Shown here piece after piece: positions 1-10,728 of a stretch of DNA of 45,183 nt (its first letter is position 1; each line of letters begins with the position of its first letter). The stretch is from Azolla caroliniana (lineage: Eukaryota > Plantae > Polypodiophyta). The stretch is from contig JBHGNT010000249.1 in assembly GCA_043228905.1 (NCBI GenBank), positions 1-45,183 of the forward strand, read 5' to 3'. A model generated the notes under the pieces. It was not told the DNA's origin. It did no database searches and saw only the letters and a program-made list of their open reading frames with translations. The translations under genes and the position numbers were made by a program.

Positions 1-328
1 AAAGGCATTCATGAGAGTTTTTAGAACCCCTAACCCCCAATAAGACATGTAGGGCTGAAAATTTTCGAATGGAAAAGAGTTCCATAATATGAGAGTTTTC
101 CTAGACTCGGCCAACAATTGATCAAATGAGGTTTGTGGACATTTCCTTGATCCAAACTCAATCACGACAAAGAAATTAAGTCATGGAGTGAACAAACACA
201 TTGGGGTTTGAAGATACAAAGAGTGAGAATGGAAAGAGATTGTTGAGGCCCATGGATCATTTGTAAATTTCAGTAAATAATGAAGCATTCATGAAATAAA
301 ATTTGAATAAAAGGAAATCCATTTTGAT

Positions 329-400
329 AGACCTTATCTAAATTAATAGACCTTGTAGGGGAAATCGGAAATCCTTTAGTTGCTTGTTCGGATCTACATA
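329..400 (+). pseudogene. Decayed tRNA-Tyr(GUA) pseudogene
   Basis: GACCTTATCTAAATTAATAGAC--CTTGTAGGGGAAATCGGAAATCCTTTAGTTGCTTGTTCGGATC aligns with the intact gene GACCTTAGCTCAGTTGGTAGAG...CTGTAGTGGTAAACTGAAATCCTTAGGTCGCTGGTTCGAATC at the syntenic position. The A-box is mutated, there is a short deletion before the anticodon, and the 3' acceptor strand is lost. Confidence 0.8.
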
Positions 401-1529
401 CACGCCTAATTGGATATTTTACTATAGATATTGTTTCTTTTATATGGCAAATGAGATTGAGGTTTCCTTGTTTCTGTATAAAGTTTGTCATAAAAGGAAA
501 TCTATTTTCCTTATTGTAATGCACATATTGGTTTGAAGTGTAAAGGTGTCTGGCATGGAGAGGGAGTATTTGCAAATTGTTCTAATGGTATCGCATGAAA
601 CGCATAATTAACTATCAAAATATTGTTCTTAAAAAACATGGAGCTTACTAGTACTTGTTACAAGCATGTCACTCATTGTCTCGGTGAAATAACAAAAGAA
701 AAGTGCATTGCCATTTCATGAATTTGATGTGCTTTGTCAAGTTCCCCACAGTGGAGGATGTCCAAAAGACCAATCACCAATCATATTTATGATTCAATCA
801 ACTTTCAAATCAAATTTATGCCTCTTATTACCTAGGGCCTCGAGCTTAATGCACATGGCTATGGTTGTACCCATATTAAATTACAACTAGGACGGTTGTT
901 AACAAGATCTCTGCTTTGTGCTACATGCTATGGTGTTCAAATAACAAAATATTCCTTCTTTTAGAGAATTTATGATATTTCTATGAACCTTCTTTTAGAG
1001 AATTTATTTGTCTTGATTGCATGTATCTAGTAAAATGCAACCCATAATATATCCAGCATATTGTGTGCAACGTATCTCATTTTATATGCTCTCTTTAAGA
1101 ATAACGTCTCTTCATTTACTCAAAAGTTTTAAAAAAGTGTCAAGTAAGGTACTTGTGTTAAAGATATCCATCTATTACAACACGACATCCAACTACTTGT
1201 TAAGATTTTAACATTTGTCTCATTCTTTTCTAACAGGATACAATCTAACCTTAAATTGGGCCCAAACAATGTGAGCTTATTCTGTAAACCAACATCATGG
1301 AATTTATTGGCATTAAAACATCTCCAATCATTTATGGTCAATCCAAAAACACACTAGCAAATGCTCTGGGTTAATATTACAACGCAAATCTTCTCCCACA
1401 AGAGAGCGGAAGGATGCATCATACACGTCAATATTATCATATTGTGCATTTGTCAAAACAAATGCTAAGTTGTGAAATATCACATTCCATATCATTTCTT
1501 GTTCAGATCCTAGAGAATCCAATACCATA

Positions 1530-4500
1530 CTAAATGTTTGGTTCTGAATCATGGAAATCATCGATGTCGTGAATATTGTGATAGAAGAATGTCCCAGGCC
1601 TTCGGGGATTATGTGATAGACGTGTTGCCCCAAAACCTATATATTTCTCTTTCTGACAGGCTATCGCAATGTCTACAAACCTTGTGATCATCTCACTTTT
1701 AATAAGGGATGATTGATGTTTGAAATCATCTAAATGCATCCACTACACAGAACAAAATACCATCATTACCATGTGAATAGATAAAACAGTTTGAGCAAGA
1801 GTAAAGTGCTTCAGATTTATTAGATACCTTGGCTGCTGCTATTTCAGATTCCTGCACCACTATTTTCAATGATAACGGTTTCAAAAGACAAAGAAAGAAG
1901 AGATCTGACTTGCCAAATGCAACACCATGTACTTGCCTATCGAAAAAGAAATCAAAAGGAGAAAAAACATAATGAGTTCAAAACAAATTTTCATTACATA
2001 GATTGAAAGTCTAGATTTGCGTGATAATGGTGCAGCGATCTGAGAATCACATAAATGAGTTGCAAATAAAAGTGACCATAGAACGAAGAGTCCTTGTCCT
2101 AATCATAAAATCAACAACATATTATGCATTTTACATATACCTATATTTATAACCTCAGTACCATTACTTATTTACTTAGCATCCTTTAGGATACACAATG
2201 TATTCTCTCGCAATGGTACAAAGCAGGAATTATGTGCAACTGGAAAGATTTGAAACATTTGATAACTGTGACATCTGACCTGAAGCCAAGTACTTCAATG
2301 AACTGAGTTTGAACCTGTTACTCAACGCAATCATCAAAACTATTAGAAGATCTAAGCTGTTGTTATCCAGCTACTTTGTCTGAACAAAACCATAACATGA
2401 CTTACAGATGTTTCCTCTTCTATTTCACGCACTATCCCATCCTTGATGTCTTCTCCCTGTGCATATAAAAGAATATATACATGGTTATTAGAAAATAATA
2501 CATTTTTTGACAAGATTAGAGCATATATTATGAAAGAGAAACAAAAAATCACTACAACACCCACACCCAAAGGTGGGGTCATTCATAAAGCACGGGACTT
2601 ACTGCCTATTTAATATGTGAGCCTATGCTTCCAACCAAACTTTGAGTAAGTATTCAGAAGATAAATTTAAATGCCTTCTTAAGCAATAAAGAAATTGCAC
2701 ATCCGCAAATTTTCCTAATTTTCTCAACAACGATGCTTTCTGATTATCATTGCTCACCATGTGTACCGTGCCACTTGGCACCTTCCAAAAACCAGTATCC
2801 TTTGTAGGGCCTGTTAGTTCTTGTACAACCAAGATCTAAGACAAAACTGATATATTTAGCAGCATAGGATTGTTGTCATATGGAGAAAAAAAAAGGATCT
2901 TCAGCACAATGTAGCGAAGAGTGATTATACACCTCATTTTTGTCATTTATTACAATTGCACCAACTCCAACTTGATGAGAAGCATTAGGAGGAAGTGTAG
3001 ATGGACTCTCAGGAATCCAGTATGTAAGCATGATGTAGTCAGGTTCAGCATGGTGGTACACAAAGCCCTCCTGGAACACGTCATACAAAAGACTTATCAT
3101 CATTACCAACGTAGACTTAAAATTGAGCAGAAGCCAAAGAATATGTTGATAAAGTAAGGCTCAGCATGGTGATGCACAAAGATCTCCTGGAGCGAAGCAT
3201 TCAAAAGAGTTGTCCAAAAGAGTTGTCATCATTACAAATGTAGACCTAAAATTGAACTGAAGCTAAAGAATATTTTCAGGATACCTATCCCAGTATATCC
3301 ATTCGTTTCCTTTCTATAAGTGGAGACAACATTAACAGGCTTTGAGTGCAACATGTCCTTGTTCTGATTGCAAGAAATTGAAGTATTCTAAGTTACACTA
3401 GTAATATAAAAAAGGAAAATATCTCTGTATCATTTCTGGCATGTCTTTAAACCATAACAAAAGGTATAACTATAAAACTACCTCAAATATGCAGCATAAA
3501 GTCGTCCAAATGCAATGATTAGTTCTATGAGATTTCTAATTGCTTCTCTTCATGCAATTTACATATGTTACTAAAATCAACAAACGATGCTCTAAATTTA
3601 AAGAACTATTTTACCTCAATAGCAGGATGGACAAGGTTTGAATTCTTAATCGGTAACTTTAGCCATATCCCTCTAAAGGACTGCAAGAAACCAAACATTC
3701 AATCAAACAAATCTGAAATGTTATGCAGCAAACAAAAACTCTATATTGCACTCAATTATTTACTACATAATTATCATGGTTATACATAATGCCATGTGGA
3801 ATGGATCTATGCTTCGTCATACTACATTAGCTCCCTCCATATGTAGGCCAAGAAATAGGAGAAAAATGTATACCATAGATTTCCAGAATTGTTTCTCTAC
3901 TCCAGATTATAATTCTACACTCCAAATCATCAATATGGAGGGCAGAGCATGTGGGCAAGCAATTAAGATATTTGACAACGTGCCCCTAGCAAGATACAAC
4001 ACCAGTTGCCAACTTCCTAGTAATAGGTAGAGTGAGAACACAAAATGAACACGTACACCGTTTGGGAGAGTGCTCTCTGACCATTTATGGTCAGATGGGA
4101 TATATTAGCTCCTCTAAAGTTGTAGATCCTTGAATTAAAAATCCACTGAAAGGGTGCCAAAATCTTCACAGTTAACAATGCCCTGAGTTGGCTCTGACAA
4201 TTGGGCATGTAACAATGTGAAACGGGGCATTGGGGGCAAAAGTGATGAGAGTAGTCGAGTATGCGCATGCATTGGTAATGTTCTTGAACATCATGAGTCT
4301 CTATTCACTTTCACAGGTATTACATGAAATGTAATATTTATGGTCTCACGGGTCATATTTGATCTCAGAAGACAATAAAAAAAATCTATATATCTATCTA
4401 TCTCACGCATGTACCTTTGCTCTCCAGTGATCCATAGATACTCTGAGACGCTCGATGAAGTGAGAAGGATCTGCAGGAAAGTCAGCTGAATCGACGATGA

Positions 4501-4567
4501 AGCCACCATAGCGATCTTCTTTACCTGAGAAGATTAGAAGATCTTTGTCTGAGCTACTGGAGTCCAT
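1530..4567 (-). CDS. Nudix hydrolase, AtNUDX2/6/7/8-like (NUDT6-type) ADP-ribose/NAD(P)H pyrophosphatase subfamily, copy A, 280 aa
   Basis: Eight GT-AG exons with consistent phases: 4567-4415, 3680-3615, 3070-2933, 2835-2758, 2456-2406, 2314-2280, 1936-1828, 1742-1530 (843 nt). Motifs EDRYGG, RGIWLKLP, EGFVYHHAEPDYIMLTYWIP, NASHQVGVGA, Nudix box GTVHMGEDIKDGIVREIEEETSV, KSDLFF, QESEIAAAKWM. Confidence 0.93.
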
Positions 4568-4625
4568 GGTCGGGCGTTCAGATAAAATAGGGAGGCAGGC
4601 ATGAGGAAAGAAGGAAGCATTTTGG

Positions 4626-4634
4626 ATTTATATA
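4626..4634 (-). promoter_or_regulatory. Putative TATA box of Nudix copy A
   Basis: Minus strand reads CCTTATATAAATCC about 60 nt upstream of the ATG (4567), followed by a pyrimidine-rich stretch. Confidence 0.55.
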
Positions 4635-4794
4635 AGGAATCGACGACACAGACACAGACACAGACACAGAATCAGTCTTTGAAAGAGACTCGTAGGGGCA
4701 GCAAGGCAGAATTAAACTAAGGAGCTTCACTTGCGTTTGTTTGGTACACCAAGCTCCAATAATGAATGGGTCACTACAATCCATATGTATCTTA

Positions 4795-5005
4795 TGCATG
4801 TATGTTATGTTATGTTATGTTATGTTATGTTATGTTATGTTATGTTATGTTATGTTATGTTATGTATGTATGTATGTATGTATGTATGTATGTATGTATG
4901 TATGTATGTATGTATGTGTATGCATGTATGTTATGTTATGTATGTATGTATGTTATGATATGCATGTATGTATGTTATGATATGTATGCATGTATGTATG
5001 TATGT

Positions 5006-5040
<35 letters not shown>
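4795..5040. repeat. Compound microsatellite (TATGT)n-(TATG)n-(TG)n
   Basis: Directly visible. It generates the low-complexity ORFs at 4731-5050. Confidence 0.97.
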
Positions 5041-5041
<1 letters not shown>

Positions 5042-5549
5042 ATTATATAGTGTTAACTCTTAAGCACAACCTCACCAAATCATAAGAGAGGGCTGGCGAG
5101 GGAATCGCGGCCACGAACAGGGCAAAATAGCGCGTCAATATTAACATGCCCTATTTTGACCACCACTTATATCATAGAGCGCTCTTCACCAGATAAAAGT
5201 ACTAACGAGATAAAGTAACATAATAATTGTTGAAGAGAATAGCCTAGTGAAGCGCGCCAACCATAACGCGCCCAATTCGGATTGCCTCTATCACCAGTCG
5301 CCTTACTCTCTATCTGGAGACGCTCGACTATCTCAATGCAGGTGCCCTACTCAAATTAGATGCCTGACCCACTCTGAGTTAGTCGGCCGACTCAAATCGG
5401 ACACCCAACTCAAATTCAAACATGAAATTCTTCAAAAAGGAAAATTTTGACATAAAAAATGTGACACCAAATTTCCACTAAGAAAACCTCAATCTTCAAT
5501 TACACAAAACGTAAAACTTAAAACTTCAAATTACAAAATGTTTAAAATC

Positions 5550-7460
5550 TAACATCACAAAATGTCTACAATCCAAGTCCAAAACCCTACGGATGAAAAC
5601 TGAATCCAACATAAGCAATGATTATGGCTGATGTGGGGATGATGGCAAAATTCAACCACAATTTTTGCAGCAATCAACATACGAGTCCCTGGAGGTCAAG
5701 GTCAAGCCATCACAATGCAAACATGGAACCTTCTCAGTCTCATATATTGGCAACCACCGCCTAGCCCAACTGGCACCTCTATGTAGTTTTCTAGTGTAGG
5801 ATTTTGGAAGTGTTTGGGGAGCTGCCAATAAGTTCTTACGAGATGTTGATTGTCGCTCCTCTTTTCACACCAATTTGTTGCTTCCGACTTCTAAGTAAAT
5901 GCTTACATTTACTTACTAGGTCTTGGCAATCACAATATGAGCATTGGGGCAAAACATTGTACCATAGATTGAAATTGGGCATGCTCAATATTCAAAACTA
6001 ATATTGGTTCTCATCCACTATACGCATTTTGTTGGTAGTTGACACATACCTTTCGAGTATCCTCTCGGCCTCTTTAAGTCTTGACCTTTGATCCCTACAA
6101 TTTGCATTGGGTGCAAACCTACCACTCACATATTTTCTATTGTTGCATTTACCATTCTATGACGGTCCCTCCGATGCAAGTGTTGGTTTCACTGTCCCCA
6201 ATTAAGCCATGCACTAGATCAGTAATAGATCTGTTTATTCTTCCTCTCAAGGAAATATACTCGATTCGGTAATGCAATGCATGAGTTTACACATCTGTTG
6301 ATGGAGATGGCTGAATCTCTCGGCAACACTTACTTCGAGCAACAAGTTGTCCACGCATTATTTTTTTGCGTGGAACTGACACAACAAAAGGCAACAATGT
6401 GTTTGCAACCATTGCCATTTGCAACAATCCAAGATTGACGGTCTTGAGCAACCACATTATATATAACATTGTATGGTCTCCAACATTTATCGATCACCAT
6501 TGCATTTGGCCTCACTTTGGGCATCCTTGCGAATATGACTTGCAAGCAAGTTTTGAGTGCAATTTGCTCATGGTCTAACCCCTTATTAGAACTACATATC
6601 ATGTACCGTAATGGGATCCCAATCCCTATGGCATTTGGGGCAACCGCAACATATAATGGTATAGCTCGAATTGGTTTGTTTTAAACTTTGAGTCAATTTC
6701 CCAAGAGTTGTTTTGCGAAAAATCCCCACACATTTCCAACATCTGTTTATCTTGAATTATCAAGATAAATGGTTGCCTGGTGAGAGATCATGGTTCACCA
6801 AGCAAGTAGGGTTGGACATGAGCCACTTTCCCAAGATCTCGGAGTGCATAGGAATCTTGCATCATCCATGACCATTCAACCTCTGTCATGACACTCCCGA
6901 TTTTCTACGTTATGGACCTCCTTTGGTATCATATGGACTAGCCTTGGACTTGTGATATGCCTCTCTACACAGGCTCATTCGTGCAACATGTCGTGCACAC
7001 CCAACATCAAATACTAGGTCATCTTTGCAACAAATTATGACATTTCGGCAAATGGTACACATCCCGTCTACTACTTGGTACATGACCATTATGAAGTTCA
7101 TATATTGAAATGGTCATGGTCCCCCGCTCAACCCACCCTGTCAATAATTCGCACGTCAACATGGAAGGTACACCCACATCAAGATGTGCCCCTACATCAT
7201 CAAGTGGAAGGATTCGCATGTCGCGACGTCCCAATGCAATTACAACCATACCTAGTCACGCACATACCCTTTTGGACCCCTTTTCGAAAGCGTGTGTGAT
7301 ACTTGGTTTGAACATTGTTGAGCATATCATCTACATTTAGGGATTCTACCTCAATCACTTCAATGGGACTAGTCTTGCTATATTTAACGACACGTAATGC
7401 TCCATAGAATAAGGTGGAAGCTTTTCTAGTGTGTACAAAACTATCGTAGAAAAGACACAA
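5550..7460 (-). mobile_element. Degenerate Mutator-like (MULE) transposase remnant
   Basis: With frameshifts, the minus strand gives FKTNQF.. PLYVAVAPNAIGIGIPLRYMICSS..EQIALKTCLQVIFARMPKVRPNAMVIDKC, which resembles the MULE DDE transposase domain. Many stops. No TIRs found, so boundaries are approximate. Confidence 0.6.
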
Positions 7461-8149
7461 CGTTGACTCTACTTTCCACTACCCTATGTGTAACCAATAA
7501 CTAATCTTTTGCATTGTAATCCCATGTTCTCTTGGGAGTTGGGAATAACACTACAAATATATAATAGTGTTTATATGTTTATCGACATGTTTGAACTATT
7601 GCAAATGAGGACTCACTATATAAACAAAACTCAATGGTCTCAAAATGTGGAAACCAAACATCAATAGAATTAGCTTTCGTTTGTCCATGATGCATAACAC
7701 CAATAAAAGAATCCCCATATTCTATAAAATGCGCGACAAGACAACGAAAACCCAAAAGACTTGTATAAAAATTGCATATGTTGTGATTTGATGAAGAGAA
7801 AAAACATATGCAAATTAAATTGAAGAAGAAACGATATATCTAGAAGTGCATATATAATACCATCAACATTTGAATTGTCTTGTCGCGTCCCTCCTCCAGA
7901 TCCATAGGATTGCTTTTTGCCAACAAAGTATACAACTCCGTAAGGCCTCAGACACTGCTATCACATCCAAGCTCAGAATCGGCACATTAAAAAGGTTCTT
8001 TTTTTCTCTTCTAGTAGGGGCAATCTAGGAAAGTTTGATTCCTAGATTTTATCAATTGTAGAGCACATATAGAATGTGAAATTTTAATTTCAAAGCTTCC
8101 ATTAACCAATTGCCGCCATGATGCTTGAAACCCATCCATACATTTCCAT

Positions 8150-9200
8150 AAAAAGCCATGGTTGATCTTGTCGTTACACTACTCTCAATAACAAAAAATT
8201 TCTATCTATCAAATGCATATCCAAATTCAAAACACCACCATCACCTAGTCGTTGGATGTAGCCAAATGATCCCATATAACCCCTCACTTATCCTTCTTCT
8301 ACCACAAAATGAACTAAAGAGGCTACAACACCGCTTACAATCTCTTCTTAAACCAAGGAAGTGAAAGCAAAAAATACAATATCATGGGTTCCATAATAAA
8401 TTGCACTACTTGAAGTTGTGTATGAAATCCCCATGATTGAGTTTTCCGATGCATAAACTTGTCCCCCGACTTATTGTCAATCCATTCAATCAAGTATATT
8501 ATGGCACATTGACCTCCAATAGATACTCCCAAGTGTCTAAATCTTGAACCTTTCGTGATTATAGACCTCTACCATTTCACACTTTCTAAATCCGTTTCAG
8601 TGCAAGAGATAAGATGATACTTCCTCGGACACATGCATATGTTTTCAAGATTTCTTTTGAGTCTTGTACAAACATAAAGGAATTTTTAGCCAAAGCATGT
8701 GCCACTAATTGTCTTGTAGAATAAAACCACATGTTGCAAAAGACAATGACAAAGGATGCAAGAGGATTTAAGCAAATAACAATGGACTAAGTATGTATAC
8801 TTGTCCCTTCAATTTAGTGAGAGGGATATTTCGTGTGACATTGTCATCTCTCTTATTACAAGAGATCCACCTCCTCCAATTTTTATGCACTGTGAAGCCA
8901 AGGCAAACTTGTCCTAGACTTGGGATACTGTTCTCAAGCTTTTCATTTGAGGCATGTAACAACTTCAAGGAATCGTTCACTAGCAAATTATCTTTTCAAT
9001 GAAATGTGTAACCCCACAATATCACCGCAAATGGTAGGACTTGATGACATTAACAACAAAGGGTGTGTAGCAATGAGAAATAATGAAGGATTGAGAGGAT
9101 CGAGACTTGATCATAGCGAAGCAACAAAGTGACGAACAAACACATTGGGGTTTGAGGATACGATGAATGGCAATCGAAAGAGAGAGTTGGGGCCTATGTT
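8150..9200 (-). mobile_element. Highly decayed L1-type LINE reverse-transcriptase remnant
   Basis: GQVYILSPLLFA resembles QGCPLSPLLF. FRHLGVSIGG..EWI..K..SWGFHTQLQVVQFIMEPMILYFLLSLPW resembles the L1 post-RT region. Its right end is homologous to 150-270. Confidence 0.5.
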
Positions 9201-9279
9201 TGTAAATTTGAGCAAATAATGAAGCATTCATCTTATAGAATTTCAATAATTAAATAGTCTTTAACTAATAAGATCAAAA

Positions 9280-9364
9280 CCGACCTTAGCTCAGTTGGTA
9301 GAGCGGAGGACTGTAGTGGTAAACTGAAATCCTTAGGTCGCTGGTTCGAATCCGGCAGGTCGGA
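9280..9364 (+). tRNA. trnY-GUA: tRNA-Tyr (anticodon GTA) with 12-nt intron at 9317-9328
   Basis: CCGACCTTAGCTCAGTTGGTAGAGCGGAGGACTGTAG[tggtaaactgaa]ATCCTTAGGTCGCTGGTTCGAATCCGGCAGGTCGGA is the canonical plant nuclear tRNA-Tyr. Acceptor stem CCGACCT/AGGTCGG, anticodon at 9313-9315, upstream CAA motif. Confidence 0.98.
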
Positions 9365-9380
9365 TTCATAAGATTGCCTC

Positions 9381-9398
9381 TTTTGGGTGGCTTTTTTT
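9381..9398 (+). terminator. Pol III terminator T-runs for tRNA-Tyr
   Basis: T4 at 9381-9384 and T7 at 9392-9398, just downstream of the tRNA. Confidence 0.75.
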
Positions 9399-9863
9399 AC
9401 ATTGCAAATCAGATCAAGTTCTCCTCATTTTTGTTTAAAGTTTGCCATCATAAGATATTCTTTCTCTTATCGGTTACTTTTATATGACAAATCATATTAA
9501 AGTTCCCTTGATTTTGTCCTCATTAGAGTTCCTTTTCCCTTATCACAGGCACATTGATTTGGATTGTAAAGGCCTCTAGCGTTGGAGCTGGATTATTTGC
9601 AAATTGTTCTAGTGTTTTCACATGAAACTCAATGTTAATTGTCAAAAATTTGCTCTCAAATAGCATGAACCTTATTATTACTTGTTATAAGCATGCCGCT
9701 CATTGACCTGGTGAGATAATAAAAGAAAAGAGCAATGCTAATTAATGAATATGATGTACTTTTCCTCATATTACCTTGGGCCTCCAGCTTGAAACACATG
9801 GCTATGGTTCTACATAGAAACATGTAAATTAGGGGCATGTTTAACATTCTGATCTTGATCCAT

Positions 9864-10097
9864 TAAAACAAGCTTTGCAAATCTCCAAAGTAGGTTAACT
9901 CCATGCCCAACGTTCCAACCTCATTGAGATACAAACATGAGAACTAGGATGGTCATTAATAAGATCTATACACCTTTGTTTAACATGTTTAAAATAAGCT
10001 TTGCAAATCTCCAAAGTAGGTTAGCCCCATGCTTCAATCTCATTGACATACAAACATGACAACTAGGATGGTCGTTAATAAGATCTATACACCTTTG
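9864..10097. repeat. Local tandem duplication, two units of ~110 bp
   Basis: AAGCTTTGCAAATCTCCAAAGTAGGTTA...AACTAGGATGGTC.TTAATAAGATCTATACACCTTTG occurs at ~9864-9978 and ~9991-10097. Confidence 0.9.
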
Positions 10098-10728
10098 AAT
10101 GTAACAAGTAGGTTTTTTCAATTCTAGAGAGCCTCTGCTTGACCATATGCTATGGTGTTCAAATAACAAAAAGGTTACCTCTGCATGGTATCTATCTAAC
10201 TACTTTGAGAGAATTTGTTTATCTTGATTGCACATTTACAGTAAAATGCATATCATAGTATCCAGCATATTTTGTACAACATATCTCATTTTATATGCTC
10301 TCCCTTTAAGAAGAAAGTCTCTTCACTTTTTCAACTTTTAAAAAACGTTTCAAGTAAGGTATTCGTGAGAAAGATATCCATTCGTGGAGTACACTACAAC
10401 ATCCAACTACTTGTTATGTTATTACCTTTGCCCAGGCTAAAGTCTAGCCTTAAATTTGCCCAAAACAAGATGAGCATATTGTCTAAACCAACCTCGTTGT
10501 ATTATTGGCATTAAAGAATCTCCAATCGTTTTATGGTCAATCCAAAAATACACTAGGAAAATGCTGTCATAGTACAAATTAAATACTCTCTCATAAGAGA
10601 GCAAAAGAATCCTTCATAAACATCAACATTATCAGATGTGCATTTGTCAAAACAAATGCTGAGTTGTGAAATATCATATTCTATATCATTTCTTGTTCAG
10701 ATCCTATTGAATCCAATACCATACTAAA

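Larger units (their letters stand above)
150..4735. repeat. Tandem segmental duplication, copy A (paralogous to ~9090-16453)
   Basis: Colinear similarity by eye, from GTGAACAAACACATTGGGGTTTGA (~188 vs ~9133) through the tRNA site, the 3' flank, all Nudix exons and introns, and ~170 bp of 5' flank. The left boundary may extend past the window start. Confidence 0.9.

Noticed and set aside
4731-5050. ORFs with MLCYV/CMYV repeats
   Set aside because: Translations of the compound microsatellite.
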